A program made the position numbers and the translations under genes. Below the pieces are notes generated by a model. That model did not search any database. It saw only the letters and a list, made by a program, of their open reading frames with translations, and was not told where the DNA came from. Positions 17,655 to 27,913 of a stretch of DNA of 64,000 nucleotides are shown in pieces. Each line of letters starts with the position of its first letter. Position 1 is the stretch's first letter. Source of the DNA: Thalassobaculaceae bacterium (GTDB taxonomy: Bacteria > Pseudomonadota > Alphaproteobacteria > Thalassobaculales > Thalassobaculaceae); contig OZ245843.1 of NCBI GenBank assembly GCA_965228875.1, positions 2,524,616-2,588,615 on the forward strand, read 5' to 3'.

Positions 17655-19241
17655 TCACTCTTCGATCATCCGTTCCAGCGTCTCCAGGCGGTCGGCCTCG
17701 GCCGGTGGCTTGTCCCACCGGATCCGTGCGATGCGCGGAAAGCGCATGGCGACGCCCGATTTGTGCCGGGTCGAGCGGTGGACGCTGTCGAAGGCAACCT
17801 CGAGCACCAGGCCCTGACGGACCTCCCGCACCGGGCCGTAGCGTTTCACCGTGTGGTCGCGCACCCATTTGTCGAGCTGTTTCAGCTCTTCGTCGGTGAA
17901 TCCGAAATAGGCCTTCCCGACCGGCACGAGTTCTTCGTCACCGGTCTCAGCCAACCTGCGCCAGGCGCCGAAAGTGTAGTCGGAGTAGTACGAGGAGCGC
18001 TTGCCGTGGCCTCGCTGGGCATACATCAGCACCGCATCCACCGTCAGCGGGCCGCGCTTCCACTTGTACCAGTGGCCCTTCGGGCGACCCGCGACATAGG
18101 GCGAGTCGCGGCGCTTGAGCATCAGCCCTTCGGTGGAGGTTCCCCGCGCCGCGAGACGCAGCCGGTCCAGGTCCTCCAGGTCGGCGAACGCCACCAGGTC
18201 GGAGACGTCCATGCGCCGCGGCGATTCGCGGGCGAAGAACGCCTCCAATCGGCCGCGCCGATCGTCGAAGGGCAGCGCCCGCAGGTCCTCGCCGCCGTCG
18301 AAGAGGATGTCGTATAGGCGCACGAAGGCCGGGTGTTTCCTCAGCATCGCCGCCGACACGGTCTTCCGGTTCAGCCGCTGCTGCAGTTCGTTGAACGGCC
18401 GCACCGCGCCGTCGACGACCACCAGGAGCTCGCCGTCGAGCACCCCCTCGAACGTGACGTGATCGAGCACATCGGGAAAGGTCGCGCCGATGTCGTCGCC
18501 CGTGCGGGAGTAGAGCCGCGCCTCGCCGCCGCGTGACGCGATCTGCACGCGGATTCCGTCCCACTTCCACTCGGCTCGATATTCGGTGGGATCGAGGCCG
18601 TCCGCCTCGCCCTCGTCCAGAGGGTGAGCCAACATCGGCGGACGGAAGATCGGCCGATCCTCCAGGTCGGGGCGCGGACCACGGCCGTCGATCCAGGCAA
18701 ACAGCTCTCCGTAGGGCGGCTCCAGTCCGTGCCAGAGCTCCTCGATCTCGGCGGGATCGATGCCGCCGTATTCGGCCAGCGCCACCTTGGCGAGCCGGGC
18801 CGACACGCCGACCCGCAATCCGCCGGTGATTAGCTTCAGCAACGCCCAACGGCCGGTCGCGTCGAGCGGGTCGAGCCAGGCCTCGATCACATCGGCCGCC
18901 TCGGCGCGCGTCGCGGTCCGCAGCGTCTCCACCACCTCGGTCAGCGTCGGCCAGCCGCGGTTGGTCGCCCGCTCCGGCCAGATCAGCGCGGTGGTCTCGG
19001 CCAGGTCGCCGACATAGTCGTACGACCATTCGAATAGCACCGGGTCGACACGGCGCATCGCCAGTTCGCGCACCGCCCCCGCCTTCACTCCCCGGAAGCC
19101 GAGCCCGCCGGTCAGGGCGGCCATGGCCCAGCCCCGGTCCGGGTCCGGTGCCGAGCGGAAATAGGAGACGATCAGCGCCAGCTTGGCGTTGCGCGACGGC
19201 GTGTAGATCAGCCGGTCCAGCAGGTCGGCGAAGGGTTTCAC
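17655..19241 (-). CDS. ATP-dependent DNA ligase (DNA damage response type)
   Basis: EWKWDGIR (KxDG), DGEL, EGLMLK, SGVAMRFPRI; GTG start at 19241. Confidence 0.95.
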   Translation of the reverse strand: MKPFADLLDRLIYTPSRNAKLALIVSYFRSAPDPDRGWAMAALTGGLGFRGVKAGAVRELAMRRVDPVLFEWSYDYVGDLAETTALIWPERATNRGWPTLTEVVETLRTATRAEAADVIEAWLDPLDATGRWALLKLITGGLRVGVSARLAKVALAEYGGIDPAEIEELWHGLEPPYGELFAWIDGRGPRPDLEDRPIFRPPMLAHPLDEGEADGLDPTEYRAEWKWDGIRVQIASRGGEARLYSRTGDDIGATFPDVLDHVTFEGVLDGELLVVVDGAVRPFNELQQRLNRKTVSAAMLRKHPAFVRLYDILFDGGEDLRALPFDDRRGRLEAFFARESPRRMDVSDLVAFADLEDLDRLRLAARGTSTEGLMLKRRDSPYVAGRPKGHWYKWKRGPLTVDAVLMYAQRGHGKRSSYYSDYTFGAWRRLAETGDEELVPVGKAYFGFTDEELKQLDKWVRDHTVKRYGPVREVRQGLVLEVAFDSVHRSTRHKSGVAMRFPRIARIRWDKPPAEADRLETLERMIEE

Positions 19242-19254
19242 GGCCCCGCCCCCG

Positions 19255-20289
19255 TCACTGTCCCTCCTCCTCGTAGCCGACCAGCGCCAAGGCCCGCGCC
19301 CGATAGCCCCGGGCGGCGGCGGCGTGCATGAGCGCCTCCTCGCGGCCATGGGTGATCCAGATCTCCGGCGCGCCGACATCGTCGAACGTGTCCAGCAACT
19401 CGTCCCAGTCGGCGTGATCGGAAATGATGAGAGGCAGTTCGACCCCGCCCTGTCGGGCGCGCTGACGCACCCTCATCCAGCCGGAGGCCATGCACACGAC
19501 CGGGTCCGGCAGGCGTCGTCCCCAGCGATCGACGATGGCCGAAGGCGGCGCGATGACGATCTCGCCCTTGAACTCCTCGCGCGCCACGCCCTTGGTGCCG
19601 GCTGTGGCGGGGAGCAGCGTCCCGAGGTCTACCCCGTGGTCGCGGTACAGGTCGCACAGCGCCAGCAGGGCGCCGTGAATGTGGATCGGGCGCCGCCAGC
19701 CGGCCTCCCGAAGCAGAGCGATCAGGCGCTGCGCCTTGCCGAGCGCATAGGCGCCGATGACGTGACAACGCTCCGGGAACAGCGCGACGCTGTCCAGCAG
19801 CTTGGCGATCTCCGCCCGGTCATCGGGATGTCGGAACACCGGCAGGCCGAAGGTCGCCTCGGTCACGAAGACGTCGCAGGGCACCGGCTCGAACGCCGCG
19901 CAGGTGGGGTCCAAGCGGCGCTTGTAGTCGCCGGAGACGACAATCCGCGCCCCCCTGTACTCGAGGCAGACCTGGGCACTGCCCAACACGTGGCCGGCCG
20001 GATGCAAGGTGACGGTGACCTCGCCGATCCGCTGCACCTCTCCGTAGCCGAGAGCCTGACGGTTCTGCTCCGGCTCGGCGCCGTAGCGCGCGGCCATGAT
20101 CGCCAGGGTCTCGGGCGTGGCGGCGACGGCTCCGTGGCCGGCACGGGCGTGGTCGGCGTGACCGTGGGTGACGACCGCCCGGTCGACCGCACGGGTCGGA
20201 TCGACATGGAAGCCGCCGGGGACGCAGTACAGGCCCTCCGGGCGGACCTCCATCCAGGTCTGTGGGTGGGGGGCGGCGATGGCGCACAT
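19255..20289 (-). CDS. Ligase-associated DNA damage response exonuclease (metallo-beta-lactamase fold)
   Basis: THGHADH, AGHVLGSAQ, SGDYK, TEATFGLP, SDHADW; adjacent to the ligase. Confidence 0.93.
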   Translation of the reverse strand: MCAIAAPHPQTWMEVRPEGLYCVPGGFHVDPTRAVDRAVVTHGHADHARAGHGAVAATPETLAIMAARYGAEPEQNRQALGYGEVQRIGEVTVTLHPAGHVLGSAQVCLEYRGARIVVSGDYKRRLDPTCAAFEPVPCDVFVTEATFGLPVFRHPDDRAEIAKLLDSVALFPERCHVIGAYALGKAQRLIALLREAGWRRPIHIHGALLALCDLYRDHGVDLGTLLPATAGTKGVAREEFKGEIVIAPPSAIVDRWGRRLPDPVVCMASGWMRVRQRARQGGVELPLIISDHADWDELLDTFDDVGAPEIWITHGREEALMHAAAARGYRARALALVGYEEEGQ

Positions 20290-20343
20290 GGCCCGAAGGG
20301 TAGAGCGCTCCGCCAGCCGGTCAATCGCCGTGGGTGCCGGCGC

Positions 20344-20940
20344 TCACTCGTTGTCGAGTCGCGCCTTGCGTCCCAGATAGCCGCCGTGGTGGCGGACGCC
20401 GTATTGCTCGCGCGTCACGCCCTTCTGCTCCATCAGGGTGAGCGTGAGGGAGTCGGCGATCGCCCCCATGGCAGCGATCGAGGCCGACGGCGTGAGGCCG
20501 AGGGGACACGGCTCCTCGATCACGCCCATGTCCAGGACCACCGTCGCGCGGTCGCGCAGCTCGCTGTCGGGGTGCGACGTGATGGCGATGATCGCCCCGC
20601 TCTCGTTGATGTGGCGCGCCATGTCCACGCACTCCAGGACCTCCCGGGTCTTGCCGGAGGTGGAGAAGGCGATCAGGCAGTCGCCCTCCTCGATCTGGCC
20701 GAGATCGCCGTGCGAGGCCTCGCTCGGGTGCAGGTAGAACGCCGGGGTCGCGGTCGAGGACAGGGTGGCCGCGAAGCGCCGGGCGACGAACCCGGCCTTG
20801 CCCATGCCGACGGTCACGATCTTGCCGTCGCATTCACGCATCAGGGTGAGAGCCCGCTCGAAACTGTCGTCGACGGCGATCGAGCGGATCGCCGCGGCCT
20901 CGGCCTCGAGGATGGCGCGGATACGGTCTTTGGCGGTCAT
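20344..20940 (-). CDS. SIS-domain sugar-phosphate isomerase (KdsD/GutQ/KpsF-like, no CBS domains)
   Basis: GMGKAG, HPSEASHGDLG, STSGKT, EPCPLGLTP, HHGGYLG; stops after the SIS domain. Confidence 0.9.
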   Translation of the reverse strand: MTAKDRIRAILEAEAAAIRSIAVDDSFERALTLMRECDGKIVTVGMGKAGFVARRFAATLSSTATPAFYLHPSEASHGDLGQIEEGDCLIAFSTSGKTREVLECVDMARHINESGAIIAITSHPDSELRDRATVVLDMGVIEEPCPLGLTPSASIAAMGAIADSLTLTLMEQKGVTREQYGVRHHGGYLGRKARLDNE

Positions 20941-21049
20941 TGGGGAACTCCGGTCGGGGATGCGACAGGCTTTAGGCGCATCGCCGTCCGGAGGCAAGGG
21001 GCCGCTCGGGAGCCGGCCCGCGACGGGGTCGCGCGGGCCGGCCGAGCGA

Positions 21050-22771
21050 TCAGGCGGTGCGGACCCGCTGCATGAACTCGCCGACGCGGGAAGAAAGCCG
21101 CTCGGACTGGGTCGAAAGCTGGCCGGCGGCCTCCAGGACTTCGCCGGCGGTCTCGCCCACCCGGTTCGTCGCCTCGGTGACGTTGTTGATCGACGACGAG
21201 ACCCGTTGCGTGCCCAAGGCCGCTTCCTGGGTGTTCCGTCCGATCTCCGAGGCGGCGGCATTCTGTTCCTCGATCGCGGAGGCGACGGCGGTCGAGATCT
21301 CGCGGATCTTCTCGATGCGCTCGTTGATGTCGTTGATCGAGGCGACGGCACTGCCCGTCTGCTCCTGAACTCCCTGAATCTGAGCCGCGATCTCCTCGGT
21401 TGCCTTGGCGGTCTGGGTCGCCAGGCTCTTCACCTCGGAGGCCACGACCGCGAAGCCCTTGCCGGCATCCCCGGCCCGCGCCGCCTCGATGGTCGCGTTC
21501 AACGCCAGCAGATTGGTCTGTTCGGCGATGCTGGTGATCAGATTCACCACCTCGCCGATGGCCTCCACCTTCGACGCGAGCCCCTTGATCTCCCGGTCGC
21601 TCGTCTCGGCGGCACCGACGGCCTGCTCCGCCGCGGTGGTCTGGTTGCTCATCTGCTGGCTGATCTCCGTGATCGAGCTTCCGAGCTGTTCGGCCGCCGC
21701 CGCGACGGTTTCGACGTTGTTCGACGCCTGTTCGGCGATGGCCATCACCATCGATGCCTCCGAACTCGCCTGCTCGGACGACGACGTCATGGACTCGGCG
21801 GCATCGTGCATGGCGGAGGCGGCGGAGGAGACCGAGCGGACAACCTCTCCGACGCTGGCCTCGAACTCGTCCACGAGGCTCGTCAGCGCAGCCCGCTTCT
21901 CCGCCTCTGTCCGACGCTCGTTCTCCTCCTGGCTGTCCTGGAGGGCCAGCTTCTCCTTCGCATTCACGCGAAAGACCTCGACGGCCTCGGCCATCCCGCC
22001 GATCTCGTCGCCGCGGTCGCGGTAGGGAACCTGGATGTCGACCTCGTTGTTCGCGAGCCGACGCATGACCTCCGACAGCGCCGGGATCGGCCTCAGCATG
22101 GCGCGGAAGACCAGCAACGCCAGCAGGATGCCCACGACGGTCGCAGCCAGAATGGCAATGCCGAGGGACTGCGCGATCTCGTACAGCACCGCCTCGATCC
22201 GTTCCTTCTGAACGCCGGCGTAGAGAATGCCGATGATCGCCCCGCCGTCCGAATAGATCGGCTGGTAGACCGTATAGTACGGGATCGACAGGATCACCGC
22301 CTCGCCGAGGAAGGTCTTGCCCGCCGTCACCACGGGATAGACGGCGCCGTTCTGGCCGAGGGGCGTGCCGACCGCGCGCGAGCCGTCCGGCTTGATGATG
22401 TTCGTGGTCCGGCGCCAGAAATCCTTGGTCTCGGGATCCCACGCGAACACCGTCGCCGTTTCGCCGGTCATCCGACCGATGCGATCGATCATGTCGTGGG
22501 TCTCGAAGGCCGGGAGCGCCGGAGCGGAGATCCGCCGCACCGTTCCGTCCGAGCCATATCTCACCTTGAACTCAGGGTAGTGCGCCGAGAGCTCCATCGC
22601 GGCGACACGCAGGCTCGCGTCCTGACGGCTGATCGCCTGGCGGCTGATGGACCCGTCGACGGCGCTGATTGCCGCGTAGGTCACCGCCACCGCCAGCAGG
22701 ACCAGCAGTCCGACCGTGACCATGCACGCCTTGGTCGTCAGTCGAAGTTTCGTGAACACCGCGAATGCCAT
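21050..22771 (-). CDS. Methyl-accepting chemotaxis protein with Cache_3-Cache_2 sensor and HAMP domain
   Basis: [18 protein letters not shown] sensor, [36 protein letters not shown] before ATG 22771. Confidence 0.95.
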   Translation of the reverse strand: MAFAVFTKLRLTTKACMVTVGLLVLLAVAVTYAAISAVDGSISRQAISRQDASLRVAAMELSAHYPEFKVRYGSDGTVRRISAPALPAFETHDMIDRIGRMTGETATVFAWDPETKDFWRRTTNIIKPDGSRAVGTPLGQNGAVYPVVTAGKTFLGEAVILSIPYYTVYQPIYSDGGAIIGILYAGVQKERIEAVLYEIAQSLGIAILAATVVGILLALLVFRAMLRPIPALSEVMRRLANNEVDIQVPYRDRGDEIGGMAEAVEVFRVNAKEKLALQDSQEENERRTEAEKRAALTSLVDEFEASVGEVVRSVSSAASAMHDAAESMTSSSEQASSEASMVMAIAEQASNNVETVAAAAEQLGSSITEISQQMSNQTTAAEQAVGAAETSDREIKGLASKVEAIGEVVNLITSIAEQTNLLALNATIEAARAGDAGKGFAVVASEVKSLATQTAKATEEIAAQIQGVQEQTGSAVASINDINERIEKIREISTAVASAIEEQNAAASEIGRNTQEAALGTQRVSSSINNVTEATNRVGETAGEVLEAAGQLSTQSERLSSRVGEFMQRVRTA

Positions 22772-22819
22772 TGTCCGAGCCTCCAGCACAGTTCCAGCCG
22801 GAAGGTTGGGCCTTGACTC

Positions 22820-22834
22820 TTAATTCTGGATTAA
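22820..22834. promoter_or_regulatory. CtrA box TTAA-N7-TTAA upstream of the MCP gene
   Basis: TTAA-TTCTGGA-TTAA exact spacing, about 50 bp upstream of the MCP start; GANTC (GACTC 22815-22819) abuts it. Confidence 0.7.
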
Positions 22835-22954
22835 TTTCGAGAAAGACCCCTAAAAATCACCCGTTAACCCAAATCAAATAGAGAAAATATTCACAGCATA
22901 TCACTCATTCAAACCAAACAGTCCAACAACCAAAACCGAAAGTAGTATATTGTC

Positions 22955-23386
22955 TCAGCGTTGCGTCGTTTTCATCGGATGAACGCCTTCGACGAACGTG
23001 GCATTCCAGGTCCGCGTGCCGTCGAGTTCCCCATCGCAATAGGCCCATGCCCCGAGCATGCGAGCATCGCCTTCCAGATGGAATTCCACCCGCCCCCAGG
23101 CGTCCGTTCCGTCGCGATCCGACCGGCAGGGAGCGTCGGACCTCGCCTGCTGCCAGTAACCGGCGATCAGGCGAAGGTCGGTGTGGAAGGTCGCAACGAT
23201 CCGACCGTCGAACTCCGGGTAGAGCCCCGTCACGGAGCCGTCCTCGGCGACCGTCAGGGTCAGCGGCCCGTAATCGGAGGACCACCGGCTCTCCGCATCG
23301 CGCGAACCGGTCAACCAGCCGGTGGCGAACGCGATGGCGATCGCGGCCCCGGCAACAGCGAGGACTATCGGCAGTCGGCGTCGCAT
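22955..23386 (-). CDS. Hypothetical exported beta-rich protein
   Basis: N-terminal hydrophobic anchor, WSSDYG.LTL...G.W...WG...G.W..C pattern, AGGAAGGA RBS. Confidence 0.7.
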   Translation of the reverse strand: MRRRLPIVLAVAGAAIAIAFATGWLTGSRDAESRWSSDYGPLTLTVAEDGSVTGLYPEFDGRIVATFHTDLRLIAGYWQQARSDAPCRSDRDGTDAWGRVEFHLEGDARMLGAWAYCDGELDGTRTWNATFVEGVHPMKTTQR

Positions 23387-23412
23387 TATTCCTTCCTGCC
23401 CGAACGCTGCCG

Positions 23413-24207
23413 CTACGTGAAGTTAACGCGTGCCTCGCCGAGATGCTCGAAGCGGATCAGGACCTCGGCCGGCTGGGTGAAATGCACCGTCTTGACCACG
23501 CTGCCGAGCATGACGAACGCGCCCGCCTTCAACGGCTGCCCCAGGGCGACGCGGTGGTTTGCGAGCCAGGCCAGCGCCTCCATCGGATGGCCGAGAATGT
23601 CACGCCCCTCCCCGGTGCCGACACAGACCTTGTCGACATACATGGCCCCTCCGATCCCGTCGAGATCGAGCGCCTGCCAGTCCTCCAATTCCGGGCCGAG
23701 CACGGCGCCGGCATTGAAGAAGTCGTCGGCGATCAGCACCGGCGCCGACAGCGACGGGAAATGGGTGTAGCGGTCGTCCACCAGTTCGATCCCCGGCATC
23801 AGCGCGGCGACCGCCGGGCGGACATTGGCACGGTCGTAGGGGATTCCGGTGGCCGGCAGGTCGGCGCCGAGACGGGCAACGATCTCGCACTCCACGCCGA
23901 TGCGGTGGAACCGGGCCAGAGGCAGTTCGGCCATGTGCGCGAAGACCGTGGTCTCGAACACCTCGCCGGCGCAGGGGTGGTCGATCTTCAGATACGCCTG
24001 CATGACCGCCGTGGTGCAGCCGATCTTGTGACCGATCCGTGGACCGAACCCGGCACGCTCCAGGCGGTCGTGCAACTGCGCCTGGACCGCGTAGCCGTCG
24101 GCGATTGATGCCGGCTCCAGGGCGTCCGGCGGCTGCGGTGTGGCGGGGCCGCCGGTGCGGGCCCGAACCAGGAAGTCGGCCAGTTGCCCCTGCTGATCGG
24201 GCGTCAT
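23413..24207 (-). CDS. 2-keto-4-pentenoate hydratase / FAH-superfamily protein
   Basis: YAVQ, GHKIGCT, VECEI, IELVDDRY, LGHP..AL.WLAN. Confidence 0.9.
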   Translation of the reverse strand: MTPDQQGQLADFLVRARTGGPATPQPPDALEPASIADGYAVQAQLHDRLERAGFGPRIGHKIGCTTAVMQAYLKIDHPCAGEVFETTVFAHMAELPLARFHRIGVECEIVARLGADLPATGIPYDRANVRPAVAALMPGIELVDDRYTHFPSLSAPVLIADDFFNAGAVLGPELEDWQALDLDGIGGAMYVDKVCVGTGEGRDILGHPMEALAWLANHRVALGQPLKAGAFVMLGSVVKTVHFTQPAEVLIRFEHLGEARVNFT

Positions 24208-25439
24208 GCGTTCCGCCGCTCCTGCAGGATCGTCGCCGCGGCGTCCGCGAGCACCTGGCAGCCGATGGCGATATCGCCGCGGTCGCTGTCCTCGGCGAAG
24301 TCGTGGCTGATGCCGCCGATCGACGGAATGAACAGCATGGCGCAGGGCAGCTTCTCGCTGATGATCATCGGGTCGTGGCCGGCGGCCGACGGCATCGACT
24401 GCCACTTGCCGGGGACCGTCGCCTCGGCGGCGGCGGCGATATGCCGCTGGAAGCCGTCATCCATGTAGGACGGCACGATCGGCAGTCGCGCCCGCGCCGC
24501 CTCGACCCGGATACGGCCGCGGGCGTCGATCTCGGCGGCGATCGATCCGGCGATCTCCTCGAAACGGTCGAGGATGCTCTCGTCCTGGTCGCGGAACTGC
24601 AGGTCGAGTTCAGCGTAACCCGGCACGATCGAGGCCGCGCCCGGCTCCACCTTCACCCGCCCCATGGTCCACACCGTGCGCTCGCCGGCGACCTTGGGAA
24701 ATTCCTGGTTCACCCGGTGGGCGAGTTCGTACAGGGCGGTAGCCGCGTCCTTGCGCCGGGCCATGGTGGTGGTGCCCGCATGGTTCTGCTCGCCATGGAA
24801 CCTGAACCGCATCGCGCGGATCCCGACGATGGCGGTGACCACGCCGATGTGCTGTCCGGCCTCCTCCAGGTAGGCGCCCTGCTCGATATGCGCCTCGAGA
24901 TAGCCGAGATAGCGGTTCTCCTCGATGCGCAGGCGCGGCACGTCGGTCAGCCCGGCCGCGGCGATGGCATCCGTCAGCCTGGTGCCGTCGCGACCGGTCG
25001 CCGCCGCCTCCGCGGCCGGATCGAGGGTGCCGCACCAGGACCGGCTGCCCAGGCAGGACAGGAACGACCCCTCCTCGTCCTGCCAGGAGACGACGTCGAC
25101 GGCGAGGTCGGCGGTCTCCGGATCCTCGGCCAGGGCGCGAGCGATCTCCAGTCCGTAGACCACGCCGAGCGCGCCGTCGAGCCAGCCACCGCGGGGCTGA
25201 GTGTCGGAATGACTGCCGATCAGCAGCACCGGCCCCGGCTTGGATGTCCTGCCGAGGACGTTGCCGACGCCGTCGATCGTGGTGTGAAGACCGGCCTCCT
25301 CGAACCGGCGCTTGAGCCAGCGCCGCGCCTCCATGTCCTTGTCGCTGAGAGCGGTGCGCACGACGCCGGTCTCGACGCCGCCGATGGTGCGCAGGTGGTC
25401 CAGGTCGGCGAGCAGGCGCTCGGCATTGATCTTCGGCAT
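24204..25439 (-). CDS. M20 family Zn-dependent hydrolase (allantoate amidohydrolase / N-carbamoylase-like)
   Basis: GSHSDT..GGWLDG, DEEG, EAHIEQG, NHAGTT, SAAGHD. Confidence 0.92.
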   Translation of the reverse strand: MPKINAERLLADLDHLRTIGGVETGVVRTALSDKDMEARRWLKRRFEEAGLHTTIDGVGNVLGRTSKPGPVLLIGSHSDTQPRGGWLDGALGVVYGLEIARALAEDPETADLAVDVVSWQDEEGSFLSCLGSRSWCGTLDPAAEAAATGRDGTRLTDAIAAAGLTDVPRLRIEENRYLGYLEAHIEQGAYLEEAGQHIGVVTAIVGIRAMRFRFHGEQNHAGTTTMARRKDAATALYELAHRVNQEFPKVAGERTVWTMGRVKVEPGAASIVPGYAELDLQFRDQDESILDRFEEIAGSIAAEIDARGRIRVEAARARLPIVPSYMDDGFQRHIAAAAEATVPGKWQSMPSAAGHDPMIISEKLPCAMLFIPSIGGISHDFAEDSDRGDIAIGCQVLADAAATILQERRNA

Positions 25440-25492
25440 GTGGTCCTCCAGATGGGCAGGTCGTTCGGCCCGGACAGACGGCGCGGCGCGCG

Positions 25493-26077
25493 TCAGGCCG
25501 GATCGCTGCGGCGCACCACATACCGGTAATACATCGTCGCCCCGGTGGTCGAGAGGGTGATTGTCTCGTCCGCCTGCCAGCCATGCAGCGAGAACGAGTT
25601 GCAGACGATCACTGCCCCGTCGGGCAACTCCTGCAGCTTGCGCGACAGCGGCGCCATGGCGCCGATCATCAGATAGCAGGCGATCGCCTGAAATCCGGAC
25701 AGGTCCTCGCGCAGGAAATCGACCCGCCGGTACTCGAGGTTCGGCCGCGGCCGCAGGCGCAGCCGCAGACAGGAGACCCAATACGGGATCGGCGACAGCT
25801 CGAAGCCGACCACCCGGTTGTCCGGGTAGCGGTCGGCCAACGCCTCGGCCAGCGCCCCCCACCCGGATCCGAGATCGGCGATCGGCCCGTCGATCCGGTC
25901 CGGAAGCAGGTGCAGCAGCGCCTGTCGCCCGGCCGAACTGGACGATTGCGGCGGCACCCCGGTGCGGACGGCGTAGACGACGATCAGGGCCACGCCCGAG
26001 AGCAGGACAAGCAGAAGCACCGCTTCGAACGGCGACACGGACGCCGCGCCCAGGACGCTGTCGACCCAATCGGTCAC
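25493..26077 (-). CDS. Class I SAM-dependent methyltransferase with N-terminal TM segment
   Basis: DLGSGWG motif I, GFELSPIP. Confidence 0.82.
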   Translation of the reverse strand: MTDWVDSVLGAASVSPFEAVLLLVLLSGVALIVVYAVRTGVPPQSSSSAGRQALLHLLPDRIDGPIADLGSGWGALAEALADRYPDNRVVGFELSPIPYWVSCLRLRLRPRPNLEYRRVDFLREDLSGFQAIACYLMIGAMAPLSRKLQELPDGAVIVCNSFSLHGWQADETITLSTTGATMYYRYVVRRSDPA

Positions 26078-26161
26078 CCTACTGGCCTCCCGCCGGTACT
26101 GCCGTTACGCTCTGCGACTTCTAGTCCGCCTGCCCCCCACTGTCGACATTCCGGAGGATCA

Positions 26162-26572
26162 ATGCTCGCCATCGATGTGGAGCCGGACAGCTTCCATGTC
26201 CTCGACGACCTCAACGCCCGACTGGTCGCCGACAACGTGGCCAAGGCGCCGGACTGGGGCGGAATGCCGTTTCTCGTGACCGCCCGCGATGCCGGCGGCG
26301 CGCTCGCCGGTGGCCTGCGCGGGGTGCCCAATATGGGCGCGTGCGAGGTACGGGCGCTGTGGGTCGAGCCGCAGGCGCGCGGTGGCGTCGGCCGGCGGCT
26401 GATGGAAGCCCTGAGCGCGGAAGCGGTGCGCCGCGGCTGCACCATGCTGTTCCTCGACACCTACGTCTTCCAGGCCCGCGGCTTCTACGAAAAGCTCGGC
26501 TTCGCGGTGTTCGCCGAGCTCGACTACCCCAACGGTACCCGGCGGTTCTGGATGAGGAAGATGGTGGGCTAG
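26162..26572 (+). CDS. GNAT family N-acetyltransferase
   Basis: LWV..ARGGVGRRLM, LDT..FQARGFYEKLGF; GGAGG RBS. Confidence 0.88.
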   Translation: MLAIDVEPDSFHVLDDLNARLVADNVAKAPDWGGMPFLVTARDAGGALAGGLRGVPNMGACEVRALWVEPQARGGVGRRLMEALSAEAVRRGCTMLFLDTYVFQARGFYEKLGFAVFAELDYPNGTRRFWMRKMVG

Positions 26573-26631
26573 CCGCACCGGCCGCGCCCCGTGCTACCCT
26601 GTCCTCCCGCCGACCGCACCGCAGCCGCGCC

Positions 26632-27846
26632 ATGTCTCTCGCCGAACGCCTGACCGGGCTCAGTGCCCGCGACAACGCCCCGATCGCCGTCGTCGGCCTC
26701 GGCCACGGAGCGACGCATTGGGTCGCCGCCACCTTCTACCTGCTGCTGCCGAGCCTCTCGACCGCGCTCGGCCTCGACTATGCCGCCACCGGGCTGCTGG
26801 TCTCGGTGCTGCACGTCAGCGCCTTCCTGGCCAATTTCGGGTCCGGACCGCTGACCGACGTTACCGGACGCCGGGTGGCGCTGCAGGTCCTCTCGCTGCT
26901 GCTCGGCGCCGCGGCGCTGGCCGCCCTCGGCCTGGCCGGCGGGCTGCTGACCCTGGCCGCCCTGGTGGCGGTGATCGGCGTGTCCAACAACCTCTGGCAC
27001 CCGCCGGCGATCAGCTATCTCTCGGCGCGCTTTCCGGGCCAGCGGGGCTGGGCGCTGTCGGTGCACGCGCTCGGTGCCGGGGTCGGCGACGCGGTGGCGC
27101 CGCTGATGGCCGGCGCGATGCTTGCCGCCCTGTCTTGGCAGGGGGTGGCGCTGTACTCCGCCCTGCCGGTGGTCGCCGTCGCCGCGGCGATCGCCCTGTT
27201 CCTCGGCCGCGCACCGGCCGCGAGCCACGGCGCCGGCGGTACCGGCATGGGGGTCTCCGACTATCTCGCCGGCCTAGCCGCGGTGGTGAAGGATCGGGCC
27301 GTGCTCGGCCTCTGCCTGATGTCGGCGTTCCGTTCGATGACCCAGAACGGGCTGATGGTGTTCCTGCCGCTCTACCTGGCCCACGAGATGGCGGTGTCGC
27401 CGCTGGTCCTCGGCATCGCCCTCGCGGCGCTGCAGGCGGGCGGCCTTGTGGCGACGCCGGTCGCCGGACGGCTGTCCGACAGCATCGGCCGGCGCCAGGT
27501 CGTGCTGGCGGGTCTCGGCGTGTCGACGCTGGCCATCGCCGCGCTCACCCTGCTGGGCGACGAGGTGTCGTTCATCGCCGGCGTCTCGGTGCTCGGCTTC
27601 GCGCTGTACGCGATCCGCCCGGTCGTCCATTCCTGGATGATGGACCTGACGCCGACCCATCTCGGCGGTTCGGCCACAAGCCTGATGTTCGGGGCGCAGA
27701 CCGGGCTGTCGATCCTCGCCCCTGTGGTCGGCGGGATCGTCGCCGACGCCTACGGACTGGTGGCGACCTTCTACGTGCTGGCCGGCACCATGCTCATCAC
27801 CAACCTGCTGGCCTGCCGCCTGCCGGACACGAAGCGGGCGGGGTGA
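26632..27846 (+). CDS. MFS transporter (Fsr-like)
   Basis: About 12 TM segments, G.LTDVTGRR and GRLSDSIGRR motif A, WHPP. Confidence 0.9.
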   Translation: MSLAERLTGLSARDNAPIAVVGLGHGATHWVAATFYLLLPSLSTALGLDYAATGLLVSVLHVSAFLANFGSGPLTDVTGRRVALQVLSLLLGAAALAALGLAGGLLTLAALVAVIGVSNNLWHPPAISYLSARFPGQRGWALSVHALGAGVGDAVAPLMAGAMLAALSWQGVALYSALPVVAVAAAIALFLGRAPAASHGAGGTGMGVSDYLAGLAAVVKDRAVLGLCLMSAFRSMTQNGLMVFLPLYLAHEMAVSPLVLGIALAALQAGGLVATPVAGRLSDSIGRRQVVLAGLGVSTLAIAALTLLGDEVSFIAGVSVLGFALYAIRPVVHSWMMDLTPTHLGGSATSLMFGAQTGLSILAPVVGGIVADAYGLVATFYVLAGTMLITNLLACRLPDTKRAG

Positions 27847-27854
27847 TCCGCGCC

Positions 27855-27898
27855 CCCCTGGGTCCCGGATAGCGCATTGCTCTTCCGGGACCCAGGGG
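27855..27898. repeat. REP-like palindrome / possible bidirectional terminator between convergent genes
   Basis: Perfect 15-bp inverted repeat CCCCTGGGTCCCGGA / TCCGGGACCCAGGGG. Confidence 0.8.
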
Positions 27899-27913
27899 AG
27901 GCGACGGACTTCT

